A stretch of DNA of 64,000 nucleotides, taken from positions 186,001-250,000 of the forward strand of contig JADIIX010000013.1 in the NCBI GenBank assembly GCA_027604505.1. Reading direction: 5' to 3'. A model generated the notes under the pieces. The model did no database searches, was not told where the DNA came from, and saw only the letters and a list, made by a program, of their open reading frames with translations. The translations under genes and the position numbers were made by a program. Position 1 is the stretch's first letter. Every line of letters starts with the position of its first letter. This stretch comes from Gonapodya sp. JEL0774 (lineage: Eukaryota). Shown here piece after piece: positions 12,511-27,060 of the stretch.

Positions 12511-15432
12511 TCACGCTGCACCTGCTCCCCCCCACTGTTCCACACGTCTATCTCTGTCGGTTGTGGTGCCCTGCTGTGCCCTCAACGTTGACGATGCTTC
12601 GCTTTCCTGTGGTGAGACACGTAGTGCAGAGGAATCTGACAGTCGTTCGATGGAAGGGCGCTGAGCGGAAGTGTCTCTGGGTCCTGATGATGTTGATGGG
12701 GGTATGGTGGACTTGAGACTGCTGGATTTCGGCACAGGGAGACTACCAGCGGCGGATAAAGGAGGTGTAGAAAATGCGACGGGTGCTCGAAATGAAGCCG
12801 TTCGCAGTTGGGTGCCCGAGTAGAGGGAGTCGGAGGTGATTGTGGTCAGAATGACAGATTGTGGATCTGCGAGAATGGAAAGGGGACAGAATCTTCAAAG
12901 GTGTGATTTGTTGCAAACCAGGACAAAAATATTAAGAATTGGGTCGTCACCGTGGAATAATGTGTAATAAGAGAGTTATAGACCACGACATTCTCGAAAT
13001 CGAAGTCAGATCACTCACCCTGCTGTGCCCTTACTCTCGTTCTCCCCCGCCAACCACCCGTCCTCAAACATCCACCGAATAAGCAGAATATCTCCAGGAC
13101 TGACAGCCATCTCGTCTTCCTGCATCGGGACTATCAGTATCAACGTTGATCAAAGAATCCACCAACGTCATAGCATCGATGTAAACTCGCGTCTCACCAT
13201 GACCCTGACCCGCCACCGCTCTCCGATTCACTTCCACCTGCCCGTCACTCCCACTCTCTACACTACCCCCCCAGCTCTCCCCGCTCGCCCCCCCAACAGA
13301 TCCCGCCGCCGTAACAGGCCCTCTACTACCCACACCAGCCGACGCAGTATACACCGTCTTACCGCTTCCACTTCCACTTCTCGCACTATCTTCGGGCACG
13401 ACGACAGGGACTATGTGAGGGCCTGAGGTATGGGGCAAAAAGTGTGCGACGCCATCCTTGGATGGTGCGGGATAAGATGTAGCGAGAGGGAGACTCGGAG
13501 CGTAGAGTGATACAGAAGTGAGCGTAGGTACCGATGCGAATGATGGCATGCGTGTGACCGATGGCACAGAGGGCTCCTTCCCTTGGGGTTGTTCAAGCAA
13601 TGGGCCTCGAGCTGCCTTGTTAGCGAGCACAGCGGTTGGGGATGCCGGAACGGAAGAAATCCTGCCAGATCCCGAAGAGTCCGAGAGGGTTTCCACCAAA
13701 GGGAGAGTGGCGTGGGAGAAGGTGGAGTGGGTGGGACCGCTGTATATGGATGTGCCGTTGGCACGGGATGATGGGGCGATGCTTCGAGGTGCTGCTGTCA
13801 TGGGCGCCGTGGCACTGCTGAGAACGTTGAATCCGCCGTGCATGAAGTGAATACGACGGAGAGCAGTGTGCAGTAAACTGCCAACAAATGGACTCACGAT
13901 GGCGTGGAAGATCGTCGGTGCTTGTCTCGTCGGATTCTCATGAACACAAATCCTGTAGAAAATTAATTGACCCAAGAGTACTCTATATTTGGCGACTGAC
14001 TGCGTCACAATGTCAAACTGACCGATAACGAGTCCAGCTACAACACCTCCTGCAACGACTCCACCTGCGATGGCGGCGACGTTGTACCCGGATCCAGATC
14101 CAGATCCCGATGCCGATCCATTCCCAGTCGAAGAATTCGTAGGACAGCTCACACTCTGACGCGCGATCAGATGCCGGAGTCCGGTTGGAGGGGTGCCAGA
14201 CTCGGTGACTCTGGAACCAGTTCTGAGGGCACGACGGGTCGGTTTTTGGAGGCACCGAAGGTTGGTCAGGTCGCACACGCGGCTGTGAAGAGTCCGTAAA
14301 CATGGGTGCAGGGGGTATTAGGGTATGTAGGAGAGACAACAAAACGTATCCGCGCCGCTTCCCAAGCCAAAATTGCAACCCATCCCTGCGTGCGATCATA
14401 CAGCGGCGCCATGCCCTCCAACGCTCACCCTACCCATTGCACGAACTGGCCCTTTGGTTGGTCGGCACCGTCCTACAACAAGAATTCATCTCGGAGCGAC
14501 TGACTGCATTCGGTCACAGCGCTGCGATAATGCCCCAGACTACCCACCCTACTGGACAGGCCAGGCCGCTTCCGTCTCTTGGGTCTGTCCCACAACACTG
14601 AGCGATGGTTGGGTCGATGCATCCTGCACCGCACACAGTGGTCGTTGCAGTGCAGTCGGCGGAGCACAGAGAGCCACCGTTAATGCATTTTTGGCTGAGT
14701 TGAGTAATATGGAATGGTCATAGTGGAGCAAGCAGAGGAGACAACTCCACAACTCTTGTCTTCTCACTCAAAACCGCAGTAGGTGGCGGAATCTCCACAA
14801 CATATTGTGTTAGCGGGCGCACATGCGGCGGCACCTGAAAGAATGAACACCGTGGAGCTGACGTGAGTAATCAAGGTCAGGGTACCCAATACGAACTTGT
14901 CAAGAGAACAGACATAAAGTAGGGAACGCTGGGTCCTTGCACGAGAGACCGGATCCGGATGGCGCGGTCGCTACGGAAGCGTTAGCGCAGTAGGAGCGGA
15001 TGGCGATATGGGAGTAGAAAACGTCTTGCTGGACACCTGTCCATTCAGGGGGGTAGAACCAGTGCGGGAACGGTTTCTCAAAGTGCGACAGCGTCTTTGG
15101 AGATACCAACAGCAAGCAAAGAGAGAATGGGCGCACCTGCGGGTCTTGGAAGTGCCGGGTGGGTTGCCCACATACGTTTGGCTTGTGGTCGAGCAAAGGG
15201 GTGCCAAGACAACCGCCGACCCAAACAACAAGCCCAGTTCCAAGAGGCCGACTCGCGTGTGGCGTCGCTTATGAGAATTTTTGCGGTTGTTTCGGATGAT
15301 GCACTCGCTTCGTGCAAAAGGTATCCAAGTATTGTGCTCCTGAAATCTGCCGCAGTCCCGCAATATATGTCGGGTAAATTCTGTAACCCAGCATAAATTT
15401 CCTGGAATCAGCAAACTCTTTTTTGTAAACAA
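12511..15432 (-). CDS. Probable type-I single-pass membrane protein: Cys-containing ectodomain, TM helix, Ser/Pro-rich tail; boundaries uncertain
   Basis: Hydrophobic leader LLELGLLFGSAVVLAPLC, Cys-rich exons (YCANAS..LSCKDPAFPTLC) and a GS linker before the TM VAAIAGGVVAGGVVAGLVIG. Low-complexity ORFs continue to 12511. Confidence 0.5.
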
Positions 15433-15734
15433 GGCTCATTATTTTTGAATAAACACAGTAGTGATGTACATCAGTTTGGCTCCTGGGCCTGAATATGGGT
15501 AACATAAAGGCAGTCTCTCCGTGCTCAAAGAGTAGAACATCAATTCACAGTTCTAGTCCAGTTGCTCCACAACCCCCACCCTCTGTCCTCAAGGTATATG
15601 CATAGTGCCCTTTGAAACTCAACACGCTACTTTCTCCATTCGTTGTCCGTTCCAGCCAGTGTTGTACCCCTGGGTACTCACAACCAACCCACATCCACTA
15701 TCCCATCACACATTCTCAGCGGACCCTCGCCCCA

Positions 15735-18700
15735 CTAGTCGCTTCGACTCATCCTCTGCAAATACTCCACGAGCCTCGAAAAGTCCGCCTTGTTCACTTC
15801 AATCACGTGGCTTTCAAAGAGGTCCTGTTTGTAGTTGACCCGTGCTTTCGATGCGGCCTCTTGGAAAGCGAGGGCAAAAGGACTACAACGGGGACGGGAA
15901 AGTGGATATGTTTCGTTCAGGGGGTTGTATCTTGTTGGTCACCATTGCCACTAGCGGGCAGACGCATGGGGCAGACTCACTTTTTGCCTTTCCGAGGCAA
16001 CCCGCACACCAAGTACGTATCACTCTCGGCTTTAAATGCCGCGATCACAAAGTTGGAATCTTTTTTTTGCTGGCTCCATTCCTACATCCCGAATCAGGTG
16101 AAAGTGTCAACTTCTCCGGCACACCTCGGCCAAGATCCCATTTTCAAATGGCAGTCTGTTCTGGCCCTCACCTTAATCGCCATGAACACCATATTCCCCA
16201 GATTTTCCAACCAACTCGCATTCCGTCCAAACAGTGCACTATCCGCAGGACCGATCCTCCCTGAGCCCCGCACGGTGGTACCCGAGAGTGCCCCCGATGC
16301 GAGCTGTGATTGTCCAACGACAGCCAAACGGAAAGTATTGAGCGAACGGAAGGCGTTCTTATCGAGGAGCGTTGTTGCAGCGCGAACAGTGGCGGTTTGC
16401 AGGTGCCGTGCAATGAGGATTCCTTGGCGAAGGATGTCGATACTGAAGTGATGAGTTTGTGCGTAAGTTGAGAGTACAGGCGGATGATCGTCGATACGAA
16501 CACCGACTATCATCCATTTGAATCCCCGAATAACTCCACTTACTTAGAGAGGGCATCAAAAGCCGTGAAAAAATGCGTCATCCATTCATTTGCTTGATCG
16601 TGTTCTCCCTCACCACTTTTGCCCGCCCTCATTGCATCCACCCGAACCAACCCAACGGATCCAGTATCTCTTCCAGTCCCCACGCCTACTGTCTGCACCT
16701 CCACATCCCTCCAGCTCTTGGCTTCCCCCCTTGCCGCAGACCGTTCCTCGTCCTCAACAATCCCACTTTGCACTCGCTCCTCAACCACCACCTCACCCCG
16801 TTCATTGTGGCGGACCCATCCGGCACCACCATCAAGCAGTGCATCAAGCGCCATTGCCGCATCAGCGGCGGAGACAGTTGCTTGGTGGCCACGGGTGCCG
16901 TATCGGCGGGCAAAAGAAGGATATTGAAGGTCGTCCATATTGAACTCCCGGGCAGTGACAGGGAGGGTGGTGGTAAGGCGCTTTTTAAGAGAGGAGGGCA
17001 TGGATGAGGAGGGTTCACGAGCCTCGGAGTTCGGGATGCTGTAGTTGTAGTAAGAGTGAGGCAAGAATAGGGAAGAATGGGTTACATGAAATCAACCTGC
17101 CCAATCATCATCTGCGGCAATCAAAATCTCACCCTGTCTTTGCAAACATTTGTTTCATCTTTCTCCGCCCTTTCTCCTTCCATAATCCCAACTTGACCGC
17201 TACGTACTCAGAGTGAGCCATACCATCGTACACATTCCAGTGCCTCCACAGACAGAATCGAAACTCTTCCGAGGGAAACAACCCCGCGCGTGTGTCTGTG
17301 GCCAGGGCGGTGTTAAGCGGGGCGGCCAGACCTGTCCACTTAGTGGTGATGGCGTTTTCGTAAACTCGAGGAGTAACACGGTGGTGGTGGAGGAGGTGTG
17401 TCAGACCAATCAGCGCCAACCTGTAAGAATATGAACGAGCCCAGATATTGGTGGTTTCGATTCAAAGGGTAAGGGTCGTTACTCCAACCCTCATCTAGTA
17501 CGTCCACGTTTTGCCACTTACCATAATTCCTCATTCCCGCCTCTCCCCACTTTCCAAACCATATCGCACCACAGCGCCGCCACACTTCCCGCATGCCACG
17601 TTCCCGCGGCATAATAACTGGCCAATATTTCCCGGAGACGGGCGTTCTCTCGGCGTCGTGCGGTGCGAGAAGCATGAGTAGAGAGCGGAGGTGGAGTGGT
17701 GCGAACTCGCTTTGGAGGAGACTCAGAAGGGGGATGTCGTCGTTTGCGGGAGGGGGACTTTGAGATGGAGTTTGTTTGAACATACATCAGCGTTTGGCAC
17801 TGACTGTGGTAGCACAAAGAAGCAACGGACTGCAAAACTCACCCCACCACCCTCCTCGTCATTCGCCCTATTTTCCTTGTCTTCATCTCCCCAGTCATCA
17901 TCCCCTTCCAGCTGCCGTAAACGTCCGTTGACTCCCTCGCCGTTTGCATCGTCATCTTCGAGAGCTCTTCGGGCTTCGTCGTCTTCGTTTCCTTCATCAT
18001 CATGACCTTCGTCTCCGTCTCGATCAGGGTCCTGGTCGCGGGGTCGATCGTCGTCATCTGATCCAGCATCCGATTCGAGGTCGGGTGCGTACTGTCCTCA
18101 AAGGAATCGCAAGTAATGGTCGGTCCACAATATACATCAGATCAATTTGAGTTCATCGTGGATTGGTGGATGAGTGAGCACATTCGCAAGAGCTGTTCAC
18201 CTCAAGTTGCATGTAAGCGTCACGGACTTCGACCATTTCCGGTGTTTCAAACTCTTCCTCGACAAAAACGATGACCTGATGCAGGAGATAGAGTCACAGC
18301 AAAGATTCAAATGGAAGAGACTGGCGGTGAGATACACGGGAAGAGAAGCAGCGACGTGCGACAATGTGCATACGTTCTCCTGGCCCCACAGGTTCTTGAG
18401 ATTGCAAGGGCGGTGAGTGTCAACAATGTAAATGCGGGCATCCGGGTGTGCGAGATTAAAGAAGTCTGCGGCTTCTACGAGGGCTCCGCAGTTCACGAGA
18501 ATGAGAGAGCGGAGCTTGTGGACGATAGAGTTTCAAAATAGGCGGAACTCAAGGATAGCAAAAAGTTTATATCTAACGGACTGACATCTTCTCTTCCTGT
18601 GATTCTTTCGTCATTTGCTTTTCCAAGGTCAGTGTAGGATCCAATAGGAACGAGTGAATGTCGGATGTTGTCCGCAGACAGAAGAGACTGCAGTGTAGAG

Positions 18701-19222
18701 GTATGAGTGGCACACGAACAATGGGGTAGATACATGTTAGAGATCGGAGATTCGTTGAGATGGCAATGTTCACGGTCCGAATCTACGTGTAGTGTTTCCA
18801 ATGGCAACAGTCTTCCATTTGAATAACACTTGGATGGAACTCGTCACAAGTATGGTCTATGGGCGAGCATTTTCACAGTCTCTTCAACATCTTCATCACA
18901 GACTTTGATGAAAAACGGATGGAGCGTCCGTCTTCCGGCCTGAAGCACCCCACCGCCACTTGTATCCGGAATGAATATCCAATGAATCCGTCCTCACCAC
19001 CATCCCCCGATTCAGCCCCAGTCATGCACCGGTTCCGTCAATCGAATGAATATCTTCGACTAGAGATCCCTAACGGGCACTCACGATGATAATCTTCCCG
19101 GCGCACACGGCGTCGACGTCGTTCGACACGAATACCAACACAGGGTGGGCATCTGGCATGGATCCCTGGCGACGAATCTCTGCGTATACCCGCTCAAAGT
19201 CGGGCGGCGTTACAAGTGGCAT
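15735..19222 (-). CDS. CDC45: DNA replication initiation factor Cdc45, multi-exon
   Basis: MPLVT..VLVFVSNDVDAVCAGKII; VNCGALVE..IYIVDTHRPCNLKNL; an acidic insertion; FRFCLWRHWNVYDGMAHSEYVAVKLGLWKEKGRRK; VSAADAAMALDALL; C-terminal FESHVIEVNKADFSRLVEYL. Confidence 0.95.
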
Positions 19223-19381
19223 CGTGCGGGAACAAAACGGTTGGAATCAACTCGAATCAGCCAAGTGCTTCACCGTGCAAATTATTTGTGCGCAAGGGCA
19301 ACTGCGGTCATCACACTCATTAATGTGAAATGAGCCGACCTGCAATGAACTTATATTTACACTGCAAATATTCCAGTACAC

Positions 19382-22300
19382 TCATCGCACTTCGATGTTC
19401 AAAATCTTGACATCATCCCACGGTTTATCATTCTTGTCGGTCTTGACGTGCTCAATCTTGTGAATGACATCCATCCCCGCCGTGGCACGACCGAAAATCG
19501 TATGTTTGTTGTCGAGCCATGGCTGACGACGGGAAGGAGGATAGTTAGCAGTTGCAAGCTGAGTGTATCCTTTGTAAATTGATCAAACGCACCGTGGGAA
19601 CAACCGTTATAAAGAACTGGTGAGACAGAGATTGAAGCATAAATTGCAGGTTGGCTGACCAATGTTGACGAGGCAAGTTCGATCCTCACCTGCGATCCAT
19701 TTGTGTTTGGTCCGGCGTTGGCCATGCTCACCGTGTAGGGTCTGTCGTGCTTCACTGCTTTGTTGAACTCGTCCTCAAATTCGCCACCCCAAAGACTCTC
19801 GCCGCCTGTGCCGTCTCCGTTTGGGTCTCCTGTTTGAAGCATGAATCCCTTGATCACCCGATGGAATTTCAGATTGTCGTAATACCCTTTCCTGGCAAGA
19901 CCAGAGAAGTTCTCGACGGTCTTTGGTGCGTACTCCGGGAACAGTCGGAGGTGGATATCTCCCATGGATGTGCGCAAAATAGCGGAGGTGCCTAAGGAGG
20001 CTTTCGCCGCCTGCGACGAAAGCTGAGCAACTGTCTGTTCCTCGCGAGACGGCTTTTCGTTGAAAACGTCACGCCCAGTGGATGAGCTGCCCTCCTCGCT
20101 GTGAGAGAATGTAGGAGAGTTTATGTCGGGTACACAGAGCGGCCACGAGAGAGATCATTGTGCACGCACCCTTCAGGTTCTCGCTTGGTGAACAGGTAGA
20201 ATCTATTTCTCTTGAAGGCAGTTGCAAATACTGTAGGGTCCTGGATTTCAGACTCTTTAAATGCAGGGTTCTCCGACGTGGCCATTTCCTGGGAGAGGCA
20301 GCAAGAGAGGATGCTAATAATCTGGGCGGACTTTAACCTGAATCTGCCGGAACTAAGCAACCCACCAGAGTAACAATCCCCTTTTTCTTTGGTGCTCCTT
20401 GATACAGTGCAAGGTGCAAGAATCGTATCGTTTCACCCTTCCCAACAACACGAACCACTTTGTTTGTGCGGATATTGACGATCTTTATGCCTAAAAGTGT
20501 TGCATAAAGTATGAAGTTACCAGATTCGTCAAACACTGGCCGGTCAGGCGTGGGTTTGTAAGAGATTATTTGCGTTCGAGTTTGAATCGGTTCAATGTCG
20601 TGTCTTCGTGTCTTACCTACGTTTCCAGTGCCTCCCTGGCCAGCTCCCTTTTCAGACACTTCCTTTTCGACGGCCGTACGCCTACCAAATTCCATTTCAT
20701 CCAGTTTGTAGAACCCTGTTCCGGCGACTTGCATCTCCGTCACGGCCTCAATACTCTCATCATATTCACGAATCTTCCTAGCTGTGTAGAAATCAAAGAC
20801 ACGGACGTGGCGGTCATGGGGAGAGAGCGTGGCAAAGTGTGAGTAGCTCGGGCTGAATGTGAGGGTGGTAGGAGGGGATTTGGTCTACTCCAATGCAGTT
20901 CATGTGAATACCTGTCTCATCATTTGACAATGTGCGTAAACATACCTTTTTAAATTCGTACAAATCCGTCTCGCTCTTCAGTTCCCAAGCAACCACCCCC
21001 TTCCTGGGTGTCGGAAAATCCTCCCGCTCATCGGGCACCCAGTACTCAACCATCCCCTGTTCGTCGACACTGACAGTAACATTCGCGATTGGATTATACG
21101 ACAATATTGCAACGGGGTTGCGGTGTAAGCTAGTATTGACGAAAAGCGGTGGGTCTGTACCAGGGGGATTGCTTTCCGTGGATGACGATGCAGGAGCACG
21201 CTTGGAGCTAGCTGCTCCACGACCATCATAGAAAAAAATTGATGACGATGACCGGTCGGAACTGAGATGTTTGTGCACGCAGATAGTGAGACAGTCGTTG
21301 ATCATCGCAACTAAGTGAAAGCACCCACATTGCCAGCAGTGCCCTGGCTTCACCCTTTTTAAACATCCAGCATACAGCTCGGGGCAGGAATGAAAGCTTT
21401 AGCATATTTATCATGTCTGGACATGGACGCCGCTATCAGATACCGCATTCCTCGCAAACCCGGGCGACGTCAACTCACCGAAGTTAATGATATCAAAAAC
21501 CTTGCACGCCCCATCGGCACCTATCGTCGCTGCTAATGAGCCGTCATGACTAACGCTGATACCCACGACAGCCCCCAGATGTGCCCGGAAATGCTTCACG
21601 AATTCAACACCCTTGGCTGTTTTCTTCCAAAATTTGACATGGCCATCGATAGAAGTTGTAAGCAGAAAATCATTCCTGGTAGAAGGTGATTCAAACGAAA
21701 AGATTTAGAGGCGATGCTCTCATGAACTTTCTTCGTCTCCCAGCTGGAACAACAATAACCACAGCATTGAACAGAGTTGCATTTGATTGAAGAGAAACGG
21801 CAATTCCCACTGGTCTCCCTCTCTTCCGTTCGCTCGGCAGCTGAAGCCGCAGCCGTCGATTTCACCCCCTGACAGCCAAAATGCGTTCAAACTCACGAGG
21901 TCATAACAACATAGTTGACAACATCACGGTGCATGAGGGAGCGCTCGTACATGTCGGAATTCGGCAGTGATTCCACATACAGCTTCTCGTAACGGAGAAC
22001 TGGTGGACGTTTCATCAAGTCAGGGGTCCGGACAGTCAAGAGGAGAAGGTCAACATGGACAGACATTCGTTCATTCAATCGCAAAGGGGAAACATCAACT
22101 CACCTCCCTTCTTCTTGGTTCGACCACCTCCGCCTTCGGGATCTGGTCCGGTCAATACCGGCCCAATGTCCATATCGTCATCATCGGCTCCAGCCTCTAC
22201 CTTCCCGTTGTCACTCGTGTCCATCTTATTGTCTTTACTATCATCGTCCTGGGCCATGTGAGTTCCTCCCTGTTCGAAAGGTCCATCTGCGGTAGACTCT

Positions 22301-22551
22301 TCCACTTGACTCCCTTTCCCTGCAGCCCCACCATTTCTGCGCCCGTTCGCGTCACTTTTCATTCGCCCCTCCTCTTCTCGTGCTGTTTCTTTCCCCCTTC
22401 CGTTCATCCTCCTCTTCTTCGCCGCTCGGTCTTCACCATCGTCACCTGCAGCTCCGTCACCTGCGGTACTCCTGCCATTTAAATCATCGCCATCGCCATC
22501 GCTCCGATCATTTTCCTCGGAAATTTTGCGCTCCCGGCGTCGAGTCGCCAT
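19382..22551 (-). CDS. PPWD1: WD40-repeat cyclophilin (peptidylprolyl isomerase domain and WD repeat protein 1)
   Basis: [51 protein letters not shown] and [11 protein letters not shown], then the cyclophilin domain [61 protein letters not shown]. Confidence 0.96.
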
Positions 22552-22830
22552 CTTGGATCAGTATGAATTATCTGAAATTTGATCGATGTTGTAGAGAGCG
22601 CGTGCAAGCAAATTCTAAAAGTGAAGCACGAAATGATCCCACCGTCCGCTCAAATAAAAATATGTATCTTTGAAAATACAAACAGGTTGCACCGCGCCAG
22701 TTCGCGCAATCATGCGATTTGAGCTTTTGCTACAATTGTCCATGAAATAGGGTGGTATCGTACTCAGGCATGACGATTGCAATTAACTTTTTTCTCCGAG
22801 CGACAGTGTTTGGTACATGTCCACTCTCTG

Positions 22831-24612
22831 TCACCTCCCTGGTCCGAAAATATGCTCCGGTGGAGGCGGTACGTGTCCCGTCCCAAGCTGCATCCTCGGA
22901 CGTGTTTGCCCGTCCGGCATTTGATTCGTCGGTGGGAAGCTTCTCTCGTTCCAAGAGTGGGGACTCGGGTGGTGTGGGAAACTAGGTCCCGTGGGATTTT
23001 GAAAGCTGTCGCGGGTAACGTGTGGAACAGGCGGTTGATAGCTAAAGCGGTGCGGATCCTCTTTGTAGGGTCCCACTTGAGGAGCCGGAATAGGGGGGTA
23101 TGAGTACGGTGACGGTGCGGGGTACGATGCGTTCGGCCCAGATGACGACGGCCGGAAGGTAGATGATGCACCAGGCCCAGAAGCATAGCCATAATACCCA
23201 TTGACAGCTGGAGGTGGACCATGGGGTGCGTAACTAGCTTGCTGTGAGTTCAACGGCGGATACTGATTCCACGGCTCCTGAATGGGGGGATAGTTGAGAG
23301 GACCTCGAGTACTTCCATACGGAGGAACAGATTGCGTGCTACCATTTGGAGGTGGGTGAGGCACGGAGTGCTGTCGAATTAACTCAGACTCGGCGAAGGA
23401 CGGTGGAGCACCTGACGGGTGGTTTTGTCGTAATTGCTGCGTGGAAGGAGAGTCCACAGGAAATTGGAGTGGCTCCCGAGTGTATTCGTCTTTTATTTGT
23501 CCAGACGCAGGGGTAGACGAATGTGGGGACGTGGAGGGCAACGCTGCCGAAGCAGCAATGGGCGGTGGTGTCAAATTGAGGTGGGTGCGGAGAGACTCGT
23601 TCTCGCGGCTGTATAGAAGCAGGAGCGACGCATGCGGTGAGAAGGATGACAAAGAGAACGATAGCTCATGCGACGGCGTTCGGATGTTTTCGGTTTAGGT
23701 GTGGTGACATTAAGTAAGCATTTGTAATTCCGCGGAACTGTGGCCCGATCAACCGGGAGTGGACACACTTTCGCCCTGGCATTCCGACGGTCCGTTTCTT
23801 GAGCCCATAGCAGCCTCAAAGTATCTCACGACGCACCGAAGAACTTCATTCTCAGATCTAAGCCAGTCACACTTTTCCTCCACTTGGCGTAAACTGTCTT
23901 CAAGGTCCTTGACGTATCGGTCCCTGCGGTCTATGTGAGCAAAAGCGGTGTACACATTTTCGCAATCGATATTAGAGTGTGTGGTGCGACAAAGAAGGGG
24001 TGCCGAATTCGCTCGGTGGTGCCGGCGGGTGCGTACCTCGAAATGCCTGGCCGGTGGTAGTATGTGACGTTATATGCTGAGAGAAATGTTTACATTCCGA
24101 GACACAGAGACAACTACGGAATCCACATTTAGGCCACGAACGTGATTCAAGTTCATCGGTGACTGTGAGATGCCTCCAAGAAAAAGTCCAATCGCGGGGT
24201 GGAGCGGTAAATGAGCCGCGGCAAAACCCATTGAGTCTTTGGAATTCCGGCAGTGGGCCACCAGGTCTTTGAAGAGCCAGTAGATAAGATCACAAATGCT
24301 CACCTTTTGTGCTGCTCTGTTCTGGGCCTTGCGCTTAGCCTCACGATCGTCTTCCACTATGTGGTCGCCAGGGTGAGACCTCCCTCTTCGATTTTGCCCG
24401 TTCCGCGCTGCAAGCGACGACCGGGAGGTGGCGTCATATACTTCGAAAGATAAATGAGAGTCGTCTTCTGGAGGACCGGTGGGTCTCATAGAGAAGAACG
24501 GCGGAGGGTTTGGTTCAAGAGTTGTGGGAGCGGATGGTAAATGTGGGGGCAGGTCGTTCCACTGACTCGGGGAGCATTCAGCAGAAGAAGACCCAGCCCG
24601 CGAGGTCATCAT
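22831..24612 (-). CDS. bZIP transcription factor, Yap/AP-1 type basic region, Pro-rich C-terminus
   Basis: Spliced DDREAKRKAQNRAAQK|AFR|DRRDRYVKDLEDSLRQVEEKCDWLRSENEVLR, including a 10-nt microexon at 24046-24037. Confidence 0.85.
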
Positions 24613-25231
24613 ACGAGCGCGCACCGGGGCAGAGGTGGAAATGGAAGCAAAGTCAAAGCTCCTTGTTTACAAACGTGTGACTAAGACAACCCTGGTGCAT
24701 GTTTTTCCGAATCACGTATTATGTGAGTTATGAAAATAGCTCCCAAGGTATCCGCCCTGTTGAGTATGCAATAAGAAGGAATTATTTGTAGTACATTTCC
24801 ATTCTTGTCCAAAATGTGTTGGAATTTTGCAACCAGAATGCCGTGTTTACGATCTCTTGACTGTGCGTGTGTGGGAACCGACCGCATCCCCAACCAGGAC
24901 TTCTTATCGCTGCGGGTCCGCTTCCGACTGGACGCAACATCGATGTTCCCATCCCTTGCATTTTCCCACCTCAATCAATCCACCCTTCCCCCTCTTCTTC
25001 TTTTTCGTCCTGTTGCCAATCCTCCTTCCTTTCCTTTTCATCTCAAGTTCAATCGCAGGTTGCGGTTATGGGCTTTGTTCGGGGGATCAAAAAATGAACG
25101 TTTGGCCGCTCAGAACTCCAAAGTACTGCCAGTGGTGGAAGGAGAAGTCGTCGATGATCGTTTCGGATCGGATTCGCATCAGCATGAACCGACGCGAATG
25201 GCAGGATCGGCCGTGACATCGCCAAAATTTG

Positions 25232-26796
25232 ATGCACCACATGTTCGCGCAATTCACAATCACCAACTCTACGTCGCAGAGCAGGTACGTATTTTGTTGA
25301 GAGTATTTTTTTAGCTGCCAGGATCAATGCTCTGAGTCCATCTACCCAAAGAACGCAATCCGAATGATGAAATTGGTACACGAATTCCCACAACTCCGCA
25401 CTATAGCCGCAGATGCAGTAAAGAAATCATCGACCGTCAGGCGAATAGACAACCGAGGTGGAGGGTCTCCATTGCCGATTCCAACTGCGGTCGCCCAGTT
25501 AAAGGAACCGCACACAAATGGAATGATCCCTCAAGATCTCGACAGCGAAGGAAAACCTCTCATTACAGAGGTGCGTTTCCCCTCCATGATCCTTTGTGCG
25601 TACGCGTGTATAAAAATGAAACGCTCGAAACGTCGTAACGTCGTTGTAGGGCCAGCTGCGCTCGTTCCTCTTCCGTGAACACCAACAAACCCGCCCCGAC
25701 GGAAAGCGCAACCCCGCAATGACAACTTCTGTCCCCGTTGTCGCACGTGCACGGCTTTCGGACAATCTCGGGTGGGTGCCCGGGGGCAGAAACGCACGGG
25801 ATAAAGAAGGTATCAAAGTTCGACTCGCCCACGCCAAGGAGGATGCGGTCAGTTGGGCCCACGTGGAATATGATGGATGCCTCTGCAAAATTGATGCTCA
25901 CGCGGCACTTTTCACCACCATCAGGAAGCGTACCGTCAACCCACCGAACAACTATGGCAAGAATACTGGACTGTCCGACCCTCCTCCGCAACGGGCTGGC
26001 AAGGAATCGTCGAGGAGCGGATAGAGCAAGCGAAACGTGCCGGTCTCTTCGACGATATCAAAGGTCGGGGTCGCCCAATCCAAGAATCCTCGGACAGTAA
26101 TAACCCGTTCTTGGATCGCACAGAGTATTTCTTGAACAAGGTGGGTGGGTGAAAAGTTTCCCTGCTTCTCAGAGTTGTCTCTCAACCTTCCAAATTTGAA
26201 TCTCGAAAGGCGATCAAATCCCAAGGGAACAGACCTTACTTTATCGAAATGAGTAAAGATATCGACGAGGAGATTCGTCTGTTCCGGAAAGAGGTGGGTA
26301 GCATTGCCCAACGCCCCACACTGCCCTTCCTGATTCCCTGACCTTTCTTCCCCCTTCCCCCCTCGTCTCTACACCAGATGCGCCTCATTTATGAAAGCGC
26401 GACCACACCTCCAGCGCCACCTAGGCCCGCAACTTCCACGTCGCACTGGCTCAGCTTCTCCTCTTCGGTGACTTCAAACCAATCGCGGAACCGAGCGTCG
26501 TCCACACCTCCTCATTCCCCAACGACCGCAGGCACACTTCCAGCCTCCTACACACGGCGAGCTACGTCGCATGCCGCCGGCAAAGTTAAGGAGATCAATG
26601 AGTGAGAATGTTGTCGTTGTTGGACTTTAAATCAGTATGACGGTGTTCTGATTTTGGCACTGCCCTGTCTGTTGAATAGTCGGATTCGGTAGGTTCTGCG
26701 TTCTCGTCTAACAGCAAGACCTCGTGTTTCAACGCAAAAATGTGGATCTTGGCTCCAGGAATTACAACATGACTGTGCCACGAGGGATTCCAGAGG
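25232..26796 (+). CDS. DUF1992 / DNAJC28-conserved-domain protein, multi-exon, not captured by the ORF track; both ends approximate
   Basis: An exon at about 25925-26140 reads WQGIVEERIEQAKRAGLFDDIKGRGRPI..NNPFLDRTEYFLNK. It is followed by AIKSQGNRPYFIEMSKDIDEEI and ..EINDRIRDYNMTVP, and preceded by KVRLAHAKEDA|EAYR. Confidence 0.8.
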
Positions 26797-27060
26797 TATG
26801 AGTTGTTACATGGTCGTGTTCACATCAGCAATATTAGTAACCTTGCGTCGTAGAAAATACCCTTGCTCCTTCAGACTGAAATTGAGCGTGGTGCTGGTAT
26901 AGTAAAGGAGCCCACCCGCTCAACCAAGACGGAGGGAGACACGCTCTTGAGTTTCTTGAACATTCGCTCGATGATATAAATCGCATATCACCATCACATG
27001 ATTTAGATTCCACATCACAGACTGACATTTGTAAACATTATATTGTATTTGATCGCCGCG

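Noticed and set aside
15612..16451. 279-aa plus-strand ORF
   Set aside because: Antisense to the CDC45 3' exons.
18690..19083. Long first intron of CDC45 as a snoRNA host
   Set aside because: A C-box-like GTGATGA is present, but no downstream D box (CTGA) or terminal stem was found.
24255..24290. CTTCAAA as a possible tRNA-Sec anticodon loop, and Sec recoding generally
   Set aside because: The flanks do not pair into a stem, and no in-frame TGA at a catalytic position was seen in the reconstructed genes.
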